Below are positions 61,280 to 64,000 of a stretch of DNA of 64,000 nucleotides, piece after piece. Positions within the stretch are counted from its first letter, which is position 1. Each line of letters starts with the position of its first letter. The stretch is from an uncultured delta proteobacterium (GTDB lineage Bacteria > Desulfobacterota > Desulfuromonadia > Geobacterales > DSM-12255). Below the pieces are notes generated by a model. That model saw only the letters and a list, made by a program, of their open reading frames with translations, was not told the DNA's origin and ran no database searches. The DNA lies in NCBI GenBank assembly GCA_963787125.1, contig CAWBBV010000016.1, positions 64,001 to 128,000 on the forward strand. Reading direction: 5' to 3'. The translations under genes were made by a program, and so were the position numbers.

Positions 61280-61879
61280 CCACAACGGTCTGTAATTCAT
61301 GGCTCCTCTTATATATCTCTTCGCCCCTTCGCGCTGCAAGACTGACTCCGGCTCGACTGATGTTCAACATTCTTGCTACCGATGCGCCACTTATCCCCAT
61401 TTTTATGACAGCAACATAGCACAATGCGCCCCTGGCATCGGATAGCTCTTTTCGCTTGCCCCCTTGCCGCAGTGACGCCGGTTCTATGGAAAACATTGAC
61501 GCAATGGTTCTGATAATTTCTTCCAGTGATACTCTGCCAGGTGCAATGTCGGTGGTTTCCGTTACCTGTTGCAGTTGCTCCACAAAACTGCCGCTACCGA
61601 GAATCCTTCCATCGTATGCTTCATACTCTTCTGATCCTGACAGCTTAAGTGATCGACGCAATCCTCCACCAACCAACTCATCCCTTTTCCCCTGCTTTAT
61701 TCCGTCGTCGACAAAGGTACGATATTGTTTCCGTGCGCGCCCCTTTTTGCTGTCGAACATCTGGAGCACCTCTTCTTCGTTCTGTCCCGCAAATTCTCCA
61801 TTCCCCATAATGACAGCATGGCCAGACCATTTGTACGAGTCAAGAACGTCAATGGATTCAGCCAGACCGACCCGCAAGG
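61244..61879 (-). pseudogene. 636-bp tandem partial duplication of the transposase element (3' part of the gene only)
   Basis: Matches 61880-62515 apart from one visible substitution (61650 T vs 62286 G); lacks the HUH and catalytic Tyr region. Confidence 0.92.
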
Positions 61880-61886
61880 GGACGTG

Positions 61887-62941
61887 AGGGGGACGTTGTT
61901 AAGTTTGCAAACTAACCACAACGGTCTGTAATTCATGGCTCCTCTTATATATCTCTTCGCCCCTTCGCGCTGCAAGACTGACTCCGGCTCGACTGATGTT
62001 CAACATTCTTGCTACCGATGCGCCACTTATCCCCATTTTTATGACAGCAACATAGCACAATGCGCCCCTGGCATCGGATAGCTCTTTTCGCTTGCCCCCT
62101 TGCCGCAGTGACGCCGGTTCTATGGAAAACATTGACGCAATGGTTCTGATAATTTCTTCCAGTGATACTCTGCCAGGTGCAATGTCGGTGGTTTCCGTTA
62201 CCTGTTGCAGTTGCTCCACAAAACTGCCGCTACCGAGAATCCTTCCATCGTATGCTTCATACTCTTCTGATCCTGACAGCTTAAGGGATCGACGCAATCC
62301 TCCACCAACCAACTCATCCCTTTTCCCCTGCTTTATTCCGTCGTCGACAAAGGTACGATATTGTTTCCGTGCGCGCCCCTTTTTGCTGTCGAACATCTGG
62401 AGCACCTCTTCTTCGTTCTGTCCCGCAAATTCTCCATTCCCCATAATGACAGCATGGCCAGACCATTTGTACGAGTCAAGAACGTCAATGGATTCAGCCA
62501 GACCGACCCGCAAGGGATTAAGGTGAATATAGCGGACCAGCTCAAGAAGATAGGAGTCTTCCTCGCAGACGATTGATTTGTAGCGGTTATGAAAGAGATG
62601 CCCGCTACGGTGATGGCGAAGGTTGAAGACAACTGCATAGCCTGTCAACAGACGACGCATGAATGTGGAAAGCTTGGTTGATTGGGGGCGAAGGAGTAGG
62701 TGGAAGTGATTGGACATGAGCGCCCAGGCAAGACATTCGGTTCCGGTAGAGACAAGAAGCTTCGACAAGCGTTCAACAAACAGAGCTTTGTCTTCGTCAT
62801 CGAGAAATATGTCACGTTTTTCGATGCCACGCACCATCACATGCTGGAGAAGACCGGGGATGTCGATACGGGCTGTTCTTGGCATAGCGAGAAATTAGCA
62901 TGTAAATACTGGTTAGTCAACCAACTTAACTACGTCCCCCT
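61887..62941 (-). mobile_element. Y1 HUH (RAYT-like) element bounded by 19-bp terminal inverted repeats
   Basis: AGGGGGACGTTGTTAAGTT (61887-61905) and AACTTAACTACGTCCCCCT (62923-62941), one mismatch. Confidence 0.85.
61899..62885 (-). CDS. RAYT-like Y1 tyrosine (HUH) transposase with C-terminal HTH
   Basis: MPRTAR, HVMVRG, NHFHL (HUH), YIHLNP and YKWS; C-terminal ...VARMLNISRAGVSLAARRGE. Confidence 0.92.
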   Translation of the reverse strand: MPRTARIDIPGLLQHVMVRGIEKRDIFLDDEDKALFVERLSKLLVSTGTECLAWALMSNHFHLLLRPQSTKLSTFMRRLLTGYAVVFNLRHHRSGHLFHNRYKSIVCEEDSYLLELVRYIHLNPLRVGLAESIDVLDSYKWSGHAVIMGNGEFAGQNEEEVLQMFDSKKGRARKQYRTFVDDGIKQGKRDELVGGGLRRSLKLSGSEEYEAYDGRILGSGSFVEQLQQVTETTDIAPGRVSLEEIIRTIASMFSIEPASLRQGGKRKELSDARGALCYVAVIKMGISGASVARMLNISRAGVSLAARRGEEIYKRSHELQTVVVSLQT

Positions 62942-62969
62942 AGCCTCTCGTGCGTGGTATATTTGGATC

Positions 62970-63303
62970 ATGGTTTATCGTCTTTCATATTACAATGAAA
63001 CCGTCGAAGCTGAGCTTGATGCTTGGCCTGTCGGCTTGCGTGCTCGATTTCGAGCATTGTCTGTGCGCATGGAAGAATACGGTCCCAACCTTGGGAATGC
63101 CGCATACACGTGCGCTTGGTAATGGCCTTTTTGAAATCCGCACCAAGGCAGAAGAAGGAATTGGAAGAGTGTTTTTCTGCACCATGGTCGGACGAAAGAT
63201 CATAATTCTCCACAGCTTCATAAAAAAGACGGATAAGACACCAAAACGGGAACTCGATTTAGCGCTCACACGGCAGAAGGAGGTAATAAGTAATGAGCTA
63301 TAA
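62970..63303 (+). pseudogene. Frameshifted HigB/RelE (Gp49-like) toxin
   Basis: MVYRLSYY...YGPNLG in one frame continues as MPHTRALGNGLFEIR...LHSFIKKT in another; extra base near 63093-63096. Confidence 0.85.
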
Positions 63304-63607
63304 ACCAGTTGCATACGACCCCAAGAAAAAATTGGAGAAAGACCTTCAAGACCCCAATTTCAAGAAAGCCTGGGACGCCTTGGATGATGAATTTGCTGCT
63401 CTGGATGCCCTGCTTATGGCCCGTCGTCAGGCTGGGATGACTCAGGAGCAAGTGGCGGCCAAAATGGGTGTTTCTCAGCCATCATTGGCGAGAGTAGAAG
63501 CATCACTCGGGTCTCACCGTCATTCTCCATCTCTTGAGATGCTTCGCAAGTACGCTGCCGCTGTCAACTGCAAGCTGGAGATTAAGCTGATACCTCAGCA
63601 TTCTTGA
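63293..63607 (+). CDS. XRE-family HTH antitoxin
   Basis: ARRQAGMTQEQVAAKMGVSQPSLARVE...PSLEMLRKYA; AGGAGG RBS. Confidence 0.9.
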   Translation: MSYKPVAYDPKKKLEKDLQDPNFKKAWDALDDEFAALDALLMARRQAGMTQEQVAAKMGVSQPSLARVEASLGSHRHSPSLEMLRKYAAAVNCKLEIKLIPQHS

Positions 63608-63628
63608 CGGTCTTGAGCGGTCTTGAGG

Positions 63629-64000
63629 GTCACGGTAGGAATGCCGGTCACCCGGCACCCCCCGCACAGATCCGTACGTGAGGAATTACCTCATACGGCT
63701 CCTGCCTCAGGTAGTGACGCATAGGCGCTCCGAAGGATAAGGGTGGCAGATTCGCGGCTCTGGAATATACCTGTCAATCAAGCGGCCCATCCGATTCCAG
63801 GTGAGACTGTATTTATCGCTGCGGCGCTTTAACACTTTGAACCACAGCCGACTTACCTTGTCTCTGAAAGCCCCGATAGCCGTGCTGTTCGTGGGCACAC
63901 CATAGTATCTGACGTGACCTGCTACGACTGATCGTAAATAGGTTCCCTGTTCCGGAACAGAATTGTGCATGCGTCGCCGAAGTTCTATGTACAGCTCCTT
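63629..64000 (-). mobile_element. Group II intron, 3' end (domains V-VI); continues beyond the window
   Basis: Minus-strand DV GAGCCGTATGAGGTAATTCCTCACGTACGGATC (63701-63669, AGC triad), DVI hairpin and terminal ...CCTACCGTGAC. Confidence 0.92.
63707..64000 (-). CDS. Group II intron RT/maturase, C-terminal part (no endonuclease domain)
   Basis: LRRRMH...GHVRYYGVPTN...LKRRS...PRICHPYP; stop codon 5 nt before DV; frame open to the window end. Confidence 0.9.
   Translation of the reverse strand, partial: KELYIELRRRMHNSVPEQGTYLRSVVAGHVRYYGVPTNSTAIGAFRDKVSRLWFKVLKRRSDKYSLTWNRMGRLIDRYIPEPRICHPYPSERLCVTT

Noticed and set aside
61263..61877. 204-aa ORF as an independent gene
   Set aside because: It is the duplicated 3' part of the transposase, with no HUH motif and no RBS.
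61217..61906. 27-bp repeats as a CRISPR array
   Set aside because: Spacing is 0 and 609 bp, the intervening DNA is duplicated transposase sequence, and no cas genes are present.

Overview
This window looks like Geobacteraceae/Desulfuromonadia chromosome. Housekeeping genes include plsY, lpxH, tatA, uvrB-comF, a DinG-family helicase, proA and nadD-rsfS-rlmH-gpmI. There are four accessory blocks. (1) 12.3-21.7 kb: a hybrid sensor kinase and a partner-switching module (REC-PP2C, anti-sigma kinase, STAS) with no sigma factor, in line with an MshEN-bearing PilB/GspE ATPase and a type IV pilin. (2) 28.6-34.7 kb: an island between proA and nadD holding an AAA_14/DUF4143 ATPase under a large palindromic promoter, AT-rich orphan genes, a 92-bp duplication, short inverted-repeat modules and toxin-antitoxin (TA) genes. 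(3) 40.5-59.0 kb: a REC-HD-GYP gene, a ~32-heme cytochrome c and a ~4,180-aa secreted propeller/FN3/Ig protein. (4) 60.4-64 kb: a RAYT-like Y1 HUH transposase bounded by 19-bp terminal inverted repeats, with nested duplications from one end, a 90-bp mini-derivative, two TA modules with broken toxins, and the 3' end of a group II intron. The best candidate for an undescribed system is the inverted-repeat-bounded HUH transposase with its mini-elements punctuating small gene cassettes. All calls come from reading the sequence by eye; no searches were run.
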